NCBI RefSeq assembly: GCF_001949145.1
Contig: NW_019091358.1
Location: 496,961 to 560,960 of the forward strand
DNA length: 64,000 nucleotides
Direction: 5' to 3'
Source: Acanthaster planci
Taxonomy: Eukaryota
Positions 1 through 12,943 of the stretch are shown piece after piece. The notes beneath the pieces were generated by a model. The model searched no databases, was not told the origin of the DNA, and saw only the letters and a program-made list of their open reading frames with translations. The position numbers and the translations under genes were made by a program. Numbering within the stretch: position 1 is the stretch's first letter; every line of letters begins with the position of its first letter.

Positions 1-3000
1 TTCACTTTGCTGTTTGCATGGGCAGCCAAAGTTTGCGGAAATATTACCCTACCGCCCGGTTAGTGTGGCTTGGGATTTAACCTCAGAATGTGCCCCACAT
101 CTTTTAAAGAGGGCCGTAGTTTTATTCGGTACTGACTTAGGTAGTTGGTGCTTATTGTTTTTGAGTAGTGAATGAATTGTTCTTTTTATGCTTAAATTGC
201 ACTGACAGCTAGCCATAGTTCTACCAGCCCCGGCTGGTAAAACCACTGATGTTGGCATTAAAATAACAGATTACACATACTGTAGCATGCTGTTCTGAGG
301 TACATGTACACTGTACATTGTACATGTACACATTGTGTATTTGTACTGGTACCGGTATGTACATTGTTTTCTGGATATGGCACTCCAAGAATCAAGCTAC
401 CGTACCTGTATTTGATTTGTGCACCTGTTACACATGTATGGGTATGTACAGTGTAGTGTTAGCATTTTAAATGTACCGGTACAGTAAAAAATTCATTTGC
501 CCCGAGTAAAAAAAAAACCATCATGATAAAGATATGGTACATGTACATGTACATGTATTGGTACAACATGTACAGTACTGTCAGTACATGACATGGATAT
601 CGGCAAGTTTTTTTTTGGGGGGGGGGGAAGGTTGACGACTTTTTCTAGGGTGGGGCAAAGCACTTACATGTACATGCAGCAGCATGAAGGAAACAGTAGA
701 AGGGGTCATTCTGAGGTACCAGTCTTCTCAAGTATAAATCACTTCACCCCCTTTTCTCCCTTTTTTGTTTCTCTTGGTTTTTCATTTAAAAGTTTGAAAT
801 TACTCATTCAGAAGTAGAGTATGATACCGGTATCTGTTCAGAAATATGCATACACATGCAAAAGTACACACGGACATGTACATGGTACGGTACCTCTCAT
901 GTTCTAGGGAAAAATCCGTCCAATGATTGTTCCCCTTCCAAAAGTGTACTGCTATATCATGTGTGCAATGTCACTGATGAATATACATGTACATGAATTT
1001 ACTCAGTGCACTTTGGAAAAGCACTTGTTATTTCCGCCCATGTACAGGTACTGCGTGCAGTACGATGTGCTTCAACATTATTTCAGCATACAAGATTATC
1101 CAGTGTTTATTTTTGTAGATTTGAGAGCATCTGCTTGAATTTTTGTAGTGTTCAAAGTTCAAGCGATGCTGTCTACATTGTGTACACAAACCCATAATTT
1201 ATAGCCCGTTGCCTGGTGAAAATAAAGGCATGCTACCGGTACCTGTGACCATTACATGCAATCTTACATGTTGTGCACATCGGTAGCTCCCTCTGGAGTT
1301 GTACATCAAGCTACATGTACATCTACCAGTACATATACATGTACCGTACAGAAACATGTACATACATGACTGTACATGTTCGTGTGTACACGTACATGTA
1401 TGTACTTCACATTTGCTGACACCTGCTCACCATTATCTTCTTGCTGTGTACGTGTACATGTATCTGCAATACTGCCCTCTTTTGGCAACTGCTGTCAAAG
1501 AGGCTGGAAGACTTCTCTTTATCGTGTGGTGGCCAGCCACAGGTTGATTTTTACCGTTACATGCAGAAATGCTGACAGTGTGCATAAAAAGTATGCGCCG
1601 GTATGCATAAGTGTGTACATGCATAGTATGTATTTCACTGTTGCAGGGTGATGGTCATAAGGTTTAAGCTGGGGGGAAAGGTTACGGTAGATTCTGTATC
1701 TTTTTGTACTGCATCCTGCTGGTTGGCTACATGTACATGTACGTGTACTTTGCTCACCCTGTGTTGCCCTGACATGCCTGAGGTTATGTACATTTTCTGA
1801 CATTACCAGTGACAGAATTAGACACCTTAGTGGACGAGTTTGTGGAACATTTCAAAAAAGATGGTACTAGTACTTCCTTCCAGTGATTTCATCAAGTTGA
1901 ATTTGTTCAACTGAACACTTTGTTGTTGAAGACAGTTTTAGATACTGTACATGTACGGTGTACATACATAGGCATTGTTATGCAATAAAATGCACATTTA
2001 ATCACATATACTGTTCCCTTGTATTCATACTGGGACCTGTTGCCGTTATATAACCAAACAATTATTTCCTGCTGTGACTTGGTCCACAGTTGTATACATG
2101 TACATGTATACATTATACTCCCATGGATAAACAAATACATGTAGCATATTATTGGATGGGGATGCCATCTCCTACTGGTACACGTACTTCCTGTTTGTCC
2201 TCCTGCTGTCTTATTTCTTTTCCCTCCAGAGACCTTCAGAACTTTTTACATATCCGTAAATTTGATTATACCGGTACATAAGATCTTCCACACTCCCCCC
2301 TCCCCCTCGATCGCGGCGTGTCTAGAGTTTCCGCCAGTTGTTTGCTTGATGTGAACAGCCATGGACACGCTTGTCCACTTCCAACAGTACTTTTGCATAA
2401 AAGATGAGGGAGACATCCTGGGAGACTGCCCCCCGAGATTTGAGTAAAAGCCCTGCAACCCTTTCCATTTTGTCACTAGTTTACATGCACAATATTCATT
2501 TTTAACCGGTCCCCCAAGGTGGCTTGGGAAGTGTTATTATTCCCTTCATTTCTTCAACTGTCATATTACTGTCTATGTACATGTAGGTGTTCAGCAGGGG
2601 ATTTAATGCCATGTGGAATGTGATGCATTGGCTGTTTTAGTCTATGTTCATTGCTATTGATTGTTTTCTGTGAAGATTATACTCACTCTGTTTGACAGGG
2701 ATGTGCACGCTCAGTGCAGGAAAAAAAATGTTTTAACGTTTGCTAACCAGAAACCGTTTTTGTCTTGGGAAAATATTTTTTACTTCCAGCGAGGTTTTGT
2801 CAGCTTGTTGAAATGTACCGTACATGCCCATAGTTTGTGTCGTGCATTGTTGAGACAGTTTGTACAGTACATGTAGTTGCCATTGAATTGATTAGAATGT
2901 TTTCTTGATTTAAAATACAGTCCGAACATAAGGGTTAAAAGTAGGAAACAACATTATGCATTACTGATACCAATTGTTTACAATTCCTATATATTTTCAT

Positions 3001-3541
3001 GTTTCATTCTCAAATATTTCACAATTCGATACGAAGCATTACTTATTTATTTGTTAATTTCCGTTTGCATAGTTACCTGTACCTCATAATGTATTAGTTG
3101 CCCTTGCTGGTGCAGAACAGAGCGCTATGATGAACGGTTGACTTCTGACAAGATGAGAGTTGTCTGATGGTTGCCAAGGTTATTTGACCATTTGCAGTTG
3201 ACGTTCCATTAATTGATCAATTAACGTGTGCGTATTGGCCACTGGAGCATCACTGGAACTTGTACTTGTATGTGTGGTTTTGACCATTTTGGTGTCGGTA
3301 AAATTGCGTTTTGTCGCTACTCCAAAGGTGCATTATTTCCCTATAACTGTCAAATGAAAAATGTGACTTTTTTTTAACAAAATAGCGGCACAGGTAAAGT
3401 TAAAAATTCAACAGGTTGTACCACATTGCAAAAGCAGACTTTTAGGAAAATATTCTTGCCGGTAATTCCAAATATAGTTTTTTCTTCTCCTCTTAGATGC
3501 TTCCACACCCTAGAAAAGGCTGCATTAATGATACATGTAGG

Positions 3542-3792
3542 TGGGTCATTCTGTGAGATTGGGGCACAATTTGTGACGGTGTCCTTGTTACATGGGTAAT
3601 GTCATGTCCTGTAGAGTAGGTCATTTACTCTGTAAAAAATAAGACACACCTCTGTATTCAACCTTGCAAGATGTATAATTTGGAATCCACACGCAGGGAG
3701 ACACTGGTACATGTGCAGCTGTTCATTTGAACAGAACCCACGTAACAATGGACACCGTCACAAATTGTGCCCCAACCTCATGGAATCACCCA
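3542..3792. mobile_element. MITE with about 55-bp TIRs
   Basis: tgggtcattctgtgagattggggcacaatttgtgacggtgtcc.. at the left is the near-perfect reverse complement of ..ggacaccgtcacaaattgtgccccaacctcatggaatcaccca at the right. Confidence 0.85.
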
Positions 3793-5062
3793 GTCCCAAC
3801 ATACATGTACATTTATGCTAGTGTTATGTCAAAGTTGTTATTGAATAGAATATTAAATTTTTATAATTTTTATGAAAAGAGAGCTACAGTATGTATCTGT
3901 AGAGACATTGGAAAAACTCTGTGGGTGTATGTTTTAGGAGACAAGCTTAGAATTTCTTTTTCCATCATCATTCGTAGGAAAACAGTAAATGTAGTAGTAA
4001 ACATGTACCAGTAAATGTACATGGATTAATATACCGTACAATTACCAGTAGTGCGGGTTTACCACAAATGAGAAGAGTCTATGCTTAATTTATTCGTAAT
4101 TTTTATTAAGGGTGGGGGTTCAGTTCCACCACCATGACAACCATGGCTTGAATTCACCACATGATCATCAACATGAACATTTGTTATCACTGGTTTTGAG
4201 AAATCTTATGGGAATGTTAATAACGTGTACAGAGTGATCACTGCATTAATCTGCTCTCATCATGTGGAGCTATATAACCATAACCTGTGTAATTTTAGGC
4301 TGAAGTTGAAAGAGCGATGCCTCAAGGGATGAGATTAAGGCTTGCCTTAATTGGAGGTGACTTGGTCAGGAGCAGCTCTGGTATGGTGGACAGTATGGCA
4401 TGGACAACCAGTGGGCAGAGGCTCATGTGATTTGCTGAACACAATAAACCCCAACGTGGGGGCTGATCAGACGGTCAAGCAATCAACCTGTTGTGCTGTT
4501 ATCAGAAGGTTCGCGGGCAGTGTGCAACAGTAATCCACAGAGTACTGTCATGTTATTAGCTCTATGCCAACCATATGTACAACTTGCTCCTGCACTAGTA
4601 CCAGGATTACACACCTGTGTGAACAGCATTGACACATAGATGCACATGTACCATCTGCACACTGATGAAAGATATTCTTACTGGGGACTTGGCACGTGCA
4701 GCCCTGTTTTGTGTGTAGGTACACATCTGTCATTGTGCATTGTGAGTTGATGTATCAGTGAGCCAATTGGTTTCATCATGGGCTGTCACTTGTGTCAATG
4801 GAGTGCATGATCGATGATGGGTCTCCCTGTGATTTAAGCCCCTAGCCCCCCGTGCTCACAACTCTGGAAGGGGGGTGGAAGTTGATCATTATTCTACTGG
4901 ATTGAATGTGGGACTTGAATCTAGCCAGAAACATCCCCCTCCCATCCAGCCTCGGTGTAGTCTTTTCATCTCTTCTGGATTTGCCATGAGGCTGACATCT
5001 ATGCCAGCGACGCATTAACTTCTTGCTCTAGCCTTTGGTTTACCTGACCAACCCACACCAGC

Positions 5063-5129
5063 ATGACTGATATCGGCGGATATGTCATACTTCTGGTGGA
5101 AACAAAGGACCAACAGATAAAGCTCTTTG
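5063..5129 (+). CDS. MPP5: Coding exon 1: MTDIGGYVILLVETKDQQIKLF(G), N-terminus of the PDZ-like domain
   Basis: ATG in agcATGa context with an in-frame TGA at 5045-5047 upstream. Donor TTG|GTAAGG is phase 1 and completes Gly-Ser-Pro-Ala with exon 33866. Resembles the MVDLGGYVIILVE...IKLYGSPA start I recall from arthropod Stardust isoforms (not searched). Possible acceptor at 5030-5031 for an upstream UTR exon. Confidence 0.8.
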
Positions 5130-5235
5130 GTAAGGTGTCAAAGTGCTAACTCTTGTTTTTTGGTTTTTTTTTTTTAGAAATTGTGTTTGTTTGTTTGTTG
5201 GGGTGTTGGGGTGTTTGTTTGTTTTTTACATATAA

Positions 5236-5468
5236 GGGTAATTCCAGAAATGTGTGACATTTTTTTGTCCCTGTTACATCTGACCTTTGTTATTTGACAT
5301 GGAAATATCACTGGAATTGATTTCAAACTATAATTATTTGTTTAGCAGGTACTTTGCATTAATTCATCACCCTTGGAAATTAGAAAATGTGTTCTGAACC
5401 TACAAAGTCTATGTACTGGTAAGATGTGACAGGGACATGAAAAAAAGACCCCTCATTTCAAGAATTAC
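5236..5468. mobile_element. Degraded MITE with GGGTAATTCC-type termini
   Basis: gtaattccagaaatg..ttttttgtccctgttacatct versus agatgtgacagggaca..aaaaaa..catttcaagaattac (imperfect inverted arms). The terminus resembles the 3542 element. Confidence 0.6.
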
Positions 5469-7036
5469 ATGGACCCATAAAGCCTCTTTGGGAATGATGG
5501 AATGCTCGCCCTTCAGATACATGTATGATATACATGTATGTGCATTGTACATTTTATCGATTCTTGGGAATTGGATACATACTTGAAATCGTTGGTAAAT
5601 ACCTAATTTCTCCAACAGAGAAAACTATTGTGTGAGTTACCGTACCATCACCACTAGCTGCTTACTGGTAGATCTTCATGTACATGTACAAAGTGCATGT
5701 GGTTGTGCTGATTTGGTAGTGACGCAGTGAGGTCTTCAGTATCAGTTTTTTGTGTGTCTCTGTTATTGCTGTCAACACAAGACCTAACAGTACACATACA
5801 TGTACATGTACACACTTAAGAGTCTGTTAAAATGTAACTAATTATGCAGGTGTACAGGTACATTGGTTTTGGTCTGATGGATACTGTATGTACATGTACA
5901 TGTACCTGTGTGTATTGGTACTGTAAATACTGGCCTTGCAACACATCCAAAGAGATTGTGGTATCCATGCACTTTAAATACAAGTCATTTTAATGGCCTG
6001 CATTCAGTGCTTACAGCGGTGCTCTTCAGTGTCAAGTTCTTGCTGCGGGTACACAGAAATGAGTCTGTTTAATTTATGAATATGATAGTACCTTTTGAGA
6101 CACATGGATGGCTACCTACATGTAATGAAAGGTGCAAACGGTATGCAAACAGTGTGCAACATTTATGAGATGAAAGTAAATTTTGCATCAGGACAGGGCA
6201 CTTTGAGATGGGCAGAATCATATTGTAAACATGGGTTTGTAGGATAGCAGAAAGTTGATGAGACTATACATGTCGACCTTTAGTTGTACATGCCAGTAAA
6301 ACCATTTTTACTCATGCTTACATGTACTAGCATTAGGCAAACTGGTCTGGAACATGTTTTTGTTGTGCATGTACAAGAATGTACATGTACATCACAGTCT
6401 GCTACTAAAACATGAGCAGGAAACTTATTTCAATTGGCAGCAGTTTTACAGTGTAATCACTGGACTTTGTGCAGTGTGTTGCTGTTGAAGACTCTCTTCC
6501 AAAAAGTCTTTTAATCGCTTCAGGACAACTCATGCAGGCCCCTCTTGGAGAACAAAAAACTAACTTCGGGTTTATTGGTAATGGTATAGTAGCATATTTG
6601 GCTCACTTTTGGACAAATCAGCCGAAAGAACATATGTCCTGTAAATTGGAGTAAATATTCATTGACAGTAATCATTCGTTCCGGGACTTGTTTGTTTTGC
6701 TTGTTTTGTATTTTGCTGCTGCATCATGCACATCAGTGACACAGTGACAAACTCTGCCACAGAACATGTCCAGTCAGAGTACCATCTGATCGTAGAAGTC
6801 TGTCTCTCCCCCTCCCCTATAAGATGCTGAGGTCCCTTAGGCTCGGAACTTTCAAATGCTGGTGATGCCTCTGCAGTGTGGACCCAGTGTTGCCAATGGT
6901 GGTTCAACCATTCAAATCACTCCTGTGATGTGTGTTCACTGCACCATTAAGTCACTCGCCAGTGGTGGTACCAAAACCTGTGCATAGTCAACACCACAGT
7001 GTACCCCCCCCAAAAAAAACTGCTTGGCCGTGGAGT

Positions 7037-7141
7037 CAGTTCAGACAACTTGTGAATTGACCTTGGCAGTGGTTCTATGGCCAAATGACAGTTCAGACAA
7101 CTTGTGAATTGACCTTGGCAGTGGTTCTATGGCCAAATGAC
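7037..7141. repeat. Perfect tandem duplication of a 52-bp unit
   Basis: cagttcagacaacttgtgaattgaccttggcagtggttctatggccaaatga starts at 7037 and again at 7089. Confidence 0.95.
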
Positions 7142-10100
7142 GGTTGGATCTCATATTTTTTGTCGTGTTTCAGCTGAACACCCTCCTGAAGTGGCCAGGC
7201 ACAATGAACTGATCGAGTCACAAATTCTTGTTTTTTTCCCCAGCAGAATCAAAAGTCATTTCTTGTATACGCCTCTGAAATACATGTACATGTACCGGTA
7301 CATGTTCATGTGCCGATTCACTATGCTAGGTACATGTGTGGTATACATGTACTGTACATGTGCAACTGTACTACATGTATACACATACTGATACATGAAT
7401 GTGTACAGTCCAGACAAACATGTACATGTACTGTACATATAGATCATGCATGTGTACAGCATAGTGTATGGTACTTTGCAGTGCTCTTGTCACGGTGGGC
7501 GGTGCCGGATGGCACCACCCTGTGCTGCAAATTTCCACTTTGCTCTTGGGTTCAAATTGGCTGTGCCGCCTGTACATCTGCATCTGTATATCATACCGGT
7601 ATACATGGATACATGTATGTTCAAAATAAATGGCCTGCATAAAAGGCTGATATTGTCTTAAACAATTTGATTCCAGCTGGTTGAAAAATTGGCCAAAATT
7701 TGAGCCAACTGGTTAGGTGGCCAGTTGGAAGAGGAAAAATACACTAAGATCGAACACTAATGAGCCCCTCCCCTCGAGTTGAGCTCCGCACTCTTTAAGA
7801 GTCAAGACTACAGAGGAACCGCTATCCATCCAGCGCCAACTTTTGTGCTTTGAATTATCATGTTCCCCACCAATTGCCATGGCAACAAATGTCTGGAGAC
7901 TATTAGGTATTGAGTTCCCTGCAGTAATAACAGGTGTGCATTGGAAGCACTGCTCATGTTGGAAGGCTATGAATATTTGATATCAGCATGTGTAATGCAT
8001 GTAAACTGCCTTCATGATCATGATTAGTGAGCGTAACTGGTAATAATGAAATTCGTTCAAATTACATGTACATGTACCGGTACATGTTCTTTGCAGTACT
8101 AAAACAAAATTTTTTTCAGGGATTGATGAATGCATGGTTTCTTTTGGCAGACCTATCGTATAATGTACATGTATGTACATGTTTTACATGTACTTTATCA
8201 AAAAGGACTGACCACAAAGGGAACAAAGAACATGTCCCTGTCCTCAGTGATCAGGCTTTTGTCCTCGGTGGTGAGTGCCAGTGGCTTGTCTGTGGGAGAG
8301 TGTTTCATTAAGGAGACATACATGTAGGAAATGGTGTCCCCTCTTCCATGGTACCGGTATCTAGTAAAATGGAACTGAACATAAACATGCACCTGCCTAG
8401 TTTCAATATTGGTGTAATGAACAGACACTGCGTGATATATTCCATCAAACAAAATGGCATCAAAAACGTGGAAAATTTTTGCATAAAATGTCTTGCATAG
8501 GTTGCAGCACTACCTCTTGAAGCCAGACTGATATGCTCCAGGTTGATGTGTTTTGTTTATGGTCAGCTACATGTATTTTGTAGACAATTGGGGCTGCATA
8601 ATTACATGCACATGTATGTTAGTAATAAGGAGAAAATTGGCAAAATGAGTGGTACTAAGCGAGAGAGACATTGTCAGTCATGGCAGCGCGTGTTTGCACT
8701 GGTACATGTATATAGGCGTACCCAAGACCGTCGGCAAAGTTGAACCAAGTGCAACTTTGTGGCCTGTCGCCGTCCCTGTTTGGGTCAGTTGTAATGAAGT
8801 GTTCCCATGTGACTGCAGAACAGAAACTGATTGGTGATGTTCTCTGTAGTTCTCTTCGTTGATATGGAAACCAGTTTTACTACATGTGCCTTTCCTTTCA
8901 ACACCCTCCGAACTCGATGCAGGAGCACAAACCGGGAAATGTTCATTTGTTGCTGAGAGAGTCATAGGCAAAACGAGCCCTCCACCTGTGAGAGGAAGAT
9001 GGTTTAATCCCCGCCGGAATTATCCCCAGCCAGAATGTCAACAGATGAAACTTAATTCATTGTTTACCATTCTGTTTGGGTGTGCCCTGTCATGATTCAT
9101 TGTTTGGAGATTTTCAAATTACAGGAGAAGCCAGTTGCACACGCATGTACATGGACATTAGCATCAGTGTACAAGTTGGGTACATGTACATGTACATGTA
9201 AATGTACCGTACACATGTATGCATGGACTCATTTGTAATAGGGTGATGATGCATAGAACAATTAGCTTTTAAAATATCCAGTCACACCCGCCCACCCCGA
9301 GTTAGGAAGCTGATATAATGACTTTCAACAGGAAATTGCTTGCTACCGTAGCTCAGCTCTGCTGGCTTGGTGCTAAAAACACACAGAGCTCTATAGTGCT
9401 GAACAACACCACAGTCAAGGAGTAGTTTACGGTGTAAAAATTTCCCATGTACACATGTACCGTCTGCCCCTGGCCATTACTTTCTGTCATGCTTTTGCTT
9501 CCCAGCACACAATTATCTTTTTGCATTGGTGGCTGGTGTCGTTAGAATGGATGTGCTCTAGTGTGCACCAAAAATATACATGTAGGACTAAGATTGCTCC
9601 TCGCTTTTATTTGAACTTCATTTCATTTGAGTCGATCACTGTGGGCAGTGAAGACCATTTGTGACCTGCTGTGTGAAAATACATACGTACATGTAAGTTG
9701 TAAAGTGCTATAAATTTTTTTGGTATTGTTTTTTCCTTATAATGGGCAAAAACTCCTAATTAGAAAAAAAATAATTTCCCTGACCAGGGTTTGATCTGAG
9801 ATTTAATGCGTGCCTGTCTGATCCACTCCAAGCAATTACTAAAATGACTACATGCCTTCTCACAACTTCCTCTTTCTTTTTTTTTTTGATACCCTCCTGC
9901 AATACGGTATCTCGGCCCAGCTTTTCATATCACTTGTTATTGTTTAAGGCAATATGGAGATCTACTCATCAGTATTAGGCCAGCATGCAACATTTTAATG
10001 GATGGGGGATAAGCCTGTTCGATATTCAATTCTTTTCATATCATGATATCATGAAGAAAATATCGCAATATCCGATGTTATCGCGACAACGTCATTTTCC

Positions 10101-10322
10101 ATTCATGAAATAAACACGACCGAAATCACCACTACATGTATGTCTTAAGAGCCACGTTAAAAAAACAACCAGGACAAAAAAGATGTATGGGCCTATGTAT
10201 TATCTCTACGTTAAGAACTCTTATATGCTGGTGGAAAGGAAATTTCAACATAGAAATTGTGGACATCATATATCATATCATGGCATCATACGGAAAAAGC
10301 CATTTCCCTGCACACATTAGCG

Positions 10323-10680
10323 GTAAAGTTCACTCAATAAGGTAACCCCCAAAATGGACAGCGCACATGCATGTTACTAGAGGGGCTACTGGTATTGATA
10401 CCGTCATTTCTAAGTCGTCACTTATTTCTCATACGGTAAGTCGGAATGTTTCACTTGGTCCCTTTTCTACAAGGCCACAAAAAATCCTTCTTGTAAGTCG
10501 GCAAGGAAAATATCACGCTTCGGTATCGGTTTCTTTCGCCACGGTTGCCTAGAAGCGACAAGCCCCACACTGCTCAACTGATGCATGTACGTGGTTAGGT
10601 ACATCAATACCAGGGACCCCTCTCGGGCTACACGCATGCGCTCTGTCCAGTTTTGGGGTGGCCTTATTGAACAAACTTAA
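10323..10680. mobile_element. MITE nested in the 10010 element, about 80-bp imperfect TIRs
   Basis: tcaataagg..ccccaaaatggacag..catgc..agagggg..ctggtattgat is inverted relative to atcaataccagggacccctct..gcatgcgctctgtccagttttggggtggccttattga. Confidence 0.75.
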
Positions 10681-10685
10681 CATGT

Positions 10686-10930
10686 AGGCCGTTTTCCAAT
10701 ACTCAACTTTGTTTCTGTTCAGGCTTCAACTGTTTTTTTACTAAATTGACTTTAAAGTTGGAAGCGCAATATTTTTAGCAAGTCTGATAGTGGCACAAAA
10801 CATCAAGTAAGATGCAAAAAGAGCCAAACATAACAGTTCTTCAATTTAATTGAAATGCTGCAGGCCCACAATCAGGAATTGTTTTGGAGATGAAGCCTGA
10901 GACGGAGACGAAGTTGAGTATTGGAAAACG
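10686..10930. mobile_element. Second nested MITE (Harbinger-like termini), about 40-bp TIRs
   Basis: cgttttccaatactcaactttgtttctgttcaggcttca versus tgaagcctgagacggagacgaagttgagtattggaaaacg. Confidence 0.8.
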
Positions 10931-12505
10931 TGTGCGATGCGGCGATCTCGAGTCCCGAGTGAGAGACACCGCGAGTCGTCGATTATCTTTTTACTGTATT
11001 AGACCCAATGAAGCTGGAGTTTACTGTACAATACATTACACGTGCGTACAGTCTGTTGGTTTGGTTCTGCCCCCTAATACTTGTAAGACACTTGTAGCTG
11101 CTGGGGCCAACAGTGTTTGTATTTTTGTGGCCCAAATGCAGTAATGCATGCAGGGCTCAACACACGGTGCATTTACTTCCCCATATGCATGTACAGAACA
11201 TCATTTGGAGCTTATTTTGATAATTTTCGGCATATCGATTTGCACGATTTCCCATATGTGTTTTTACGGACGATACAATATCTAATATCATATCGAAATA
11301 TTGTGAAATATCGTCATATCGAACAGTCTTAGATGGGGGGGAGGTTTTTAAATTTTGTACCAGTAGAAGAAAATACATGATACATGTACATGCTTCGTGT
11401 CCAAAATTATTGATGCCTGTCTGCCTGACAGGTGGTTAGATAAGACACTGGCCTAGAGGCAAGGTTCTGTCAATAGCAGTACAGTAGTTACACCAGGAAA
11501 GCTCACGTTTCACCTCTTTCAATTCTGCTTGTGCACCTAGTGGTAACTGACTATAGTATTATATTCCTGGAGAGATTCAGGCTCATGCCAGATTCATTTC
11601 TCATTTGCTCTTCATCACATAGCTGCTGGTGGACTTGGACCAGTAACCATACATGTACACTTTTTTTAGGACTACATGTACATGTACATGTACATGTAGT
11701 TATAGGCACATAAACAAACGAATGCATAGGCTTTCCATTTCAGTCCTGGCATTGGTCAGAACATGACCAACCATTCCCTAAACCAGGCTGAAGTACACCC
11801 GTCATACGTCCCGGTACACACACACTCACAGACCAGCAGACCGGTACGCGTAATTGTGATGTTTAACTTTTCCCCTGCTCTTTTTGTTAATATGGGCGAT
11901 CTACAATAGTGCACTTCCAAGAGTTGGCAATGCGTTGGCCAATCACAGTGCGTGAAAGGGTCGACAGATTTGGCGCTATGGTTCATGGTTCATGTATGGT
12001 TCATGTAGTTTTACGGGAAGGAGTTGGCATTATTTATACATGTGCATACATGTACTGTACTTACATATACATGTACATGTACACTAGTACCGGTACCGGT
12101 AGGCCTGTTCTCCCAGATTAATATTTCCTCAGCCTTTGAATGGTACCAGTTCATGTAGCACAACTTTGTAAAATGAACTTTCTAAGATGGCCTACTGGCC
12201 TATAACATTGCTTTGTACACGTACGGAACTGTGTTAAAGTTCAGTATTGGATGCATGCTTAAAGGATATCTTTTCAGTGTTTAGTAAAACAAAGCCTCCC
12301 TTAAAAATGTATCAACTGGTAATAGTATCATACATGTTCCTTAAGTGTTCGTATGATGATATGATACGGGTACACTGTACATGCTGAGTCATATGAACCA
12401 GTACCAACGGTTGGCTGGAGTTGGTGATAGGAGGTTTGGCAATCAGTTTCTAGTATCATACATCTTTGACATAAACAAGCATGACTTTTGATCTTTGAGT
12501 TCCCC

Positions 12506-12943
12506 TTAACCCTAAAGGAGCTTTGTTATTTTGGCAGATCTCACAGGTCTCATAGAAATTTGGCAAGCACGTAAAGACATTCCTTATCATTACAACTGTG
12601 AAGTTTGAAGTCAATCAGACCTTCACGTGCGGTTTTGTTTTGCAGTCATTTGAAGTTTGAGGGAACTGGTATGTACATGTACATGTAGGCTAGCCCGCAT
12701 GCATTGAGCACCACAGTGGAAAAAATATACATGTGCATTTTTGGCTGACCTGTCTCAGAAAAATTTGCGCTGCTTGAGAACGGTATGTTTGATTTTTGCA
12801 AAATTGGTTTCAGTGACCACAAAGCATTACTCTTAAAACTCCTAAAAGCTCAACTCCTTAAAACAACCCACTGCGGCGATATAAAAGAAAAAAATGCTAT
12901 TGGGGTTGGTGGATTCTGCCCCTCCCAGCTTATCTAAGGTTAA
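12506..12943. mobile_element. TTAA-flanked (piggyBac-like ends) non-autonomous element, copy 1
   Basis: Starts TTAACCCT and ends TAAGGTTAA. Internal block tttttggctgacctgtctcagaaaaatttgcgctgcttgagaacgg..caaaattggt..cttaaaactc is shared with 16483-16590. Confidence 0.6.

Larger units (their letters stand above)
10010..11331. mobile_element. hAT-like non-autonomous DNA transposon hosting nested MITEs
   Basis: TIR taagcctgttcgatat / atatcgaacagtctta (15 of 16 match). Subterminal (C)GATAT/ATATCG repeats at both ends. Flanked by GATGGGGG at 10001-10008 and 11332-11339, a probable TSD of about 8 bp. Confidence 0.75.

Noticed and set aside
4299..4430. Frame reading EVERAMPQGMRLRLALIGG, vaguely like a PDZ N-terminus
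   Set aside because: No GLGF-like loop, weak splice context, and the similarity is within chance.
7037..7141. Possible CRISPR-like repeat
   Set aside because: Two abutting copies with no spacers, in a eukaryotic context.
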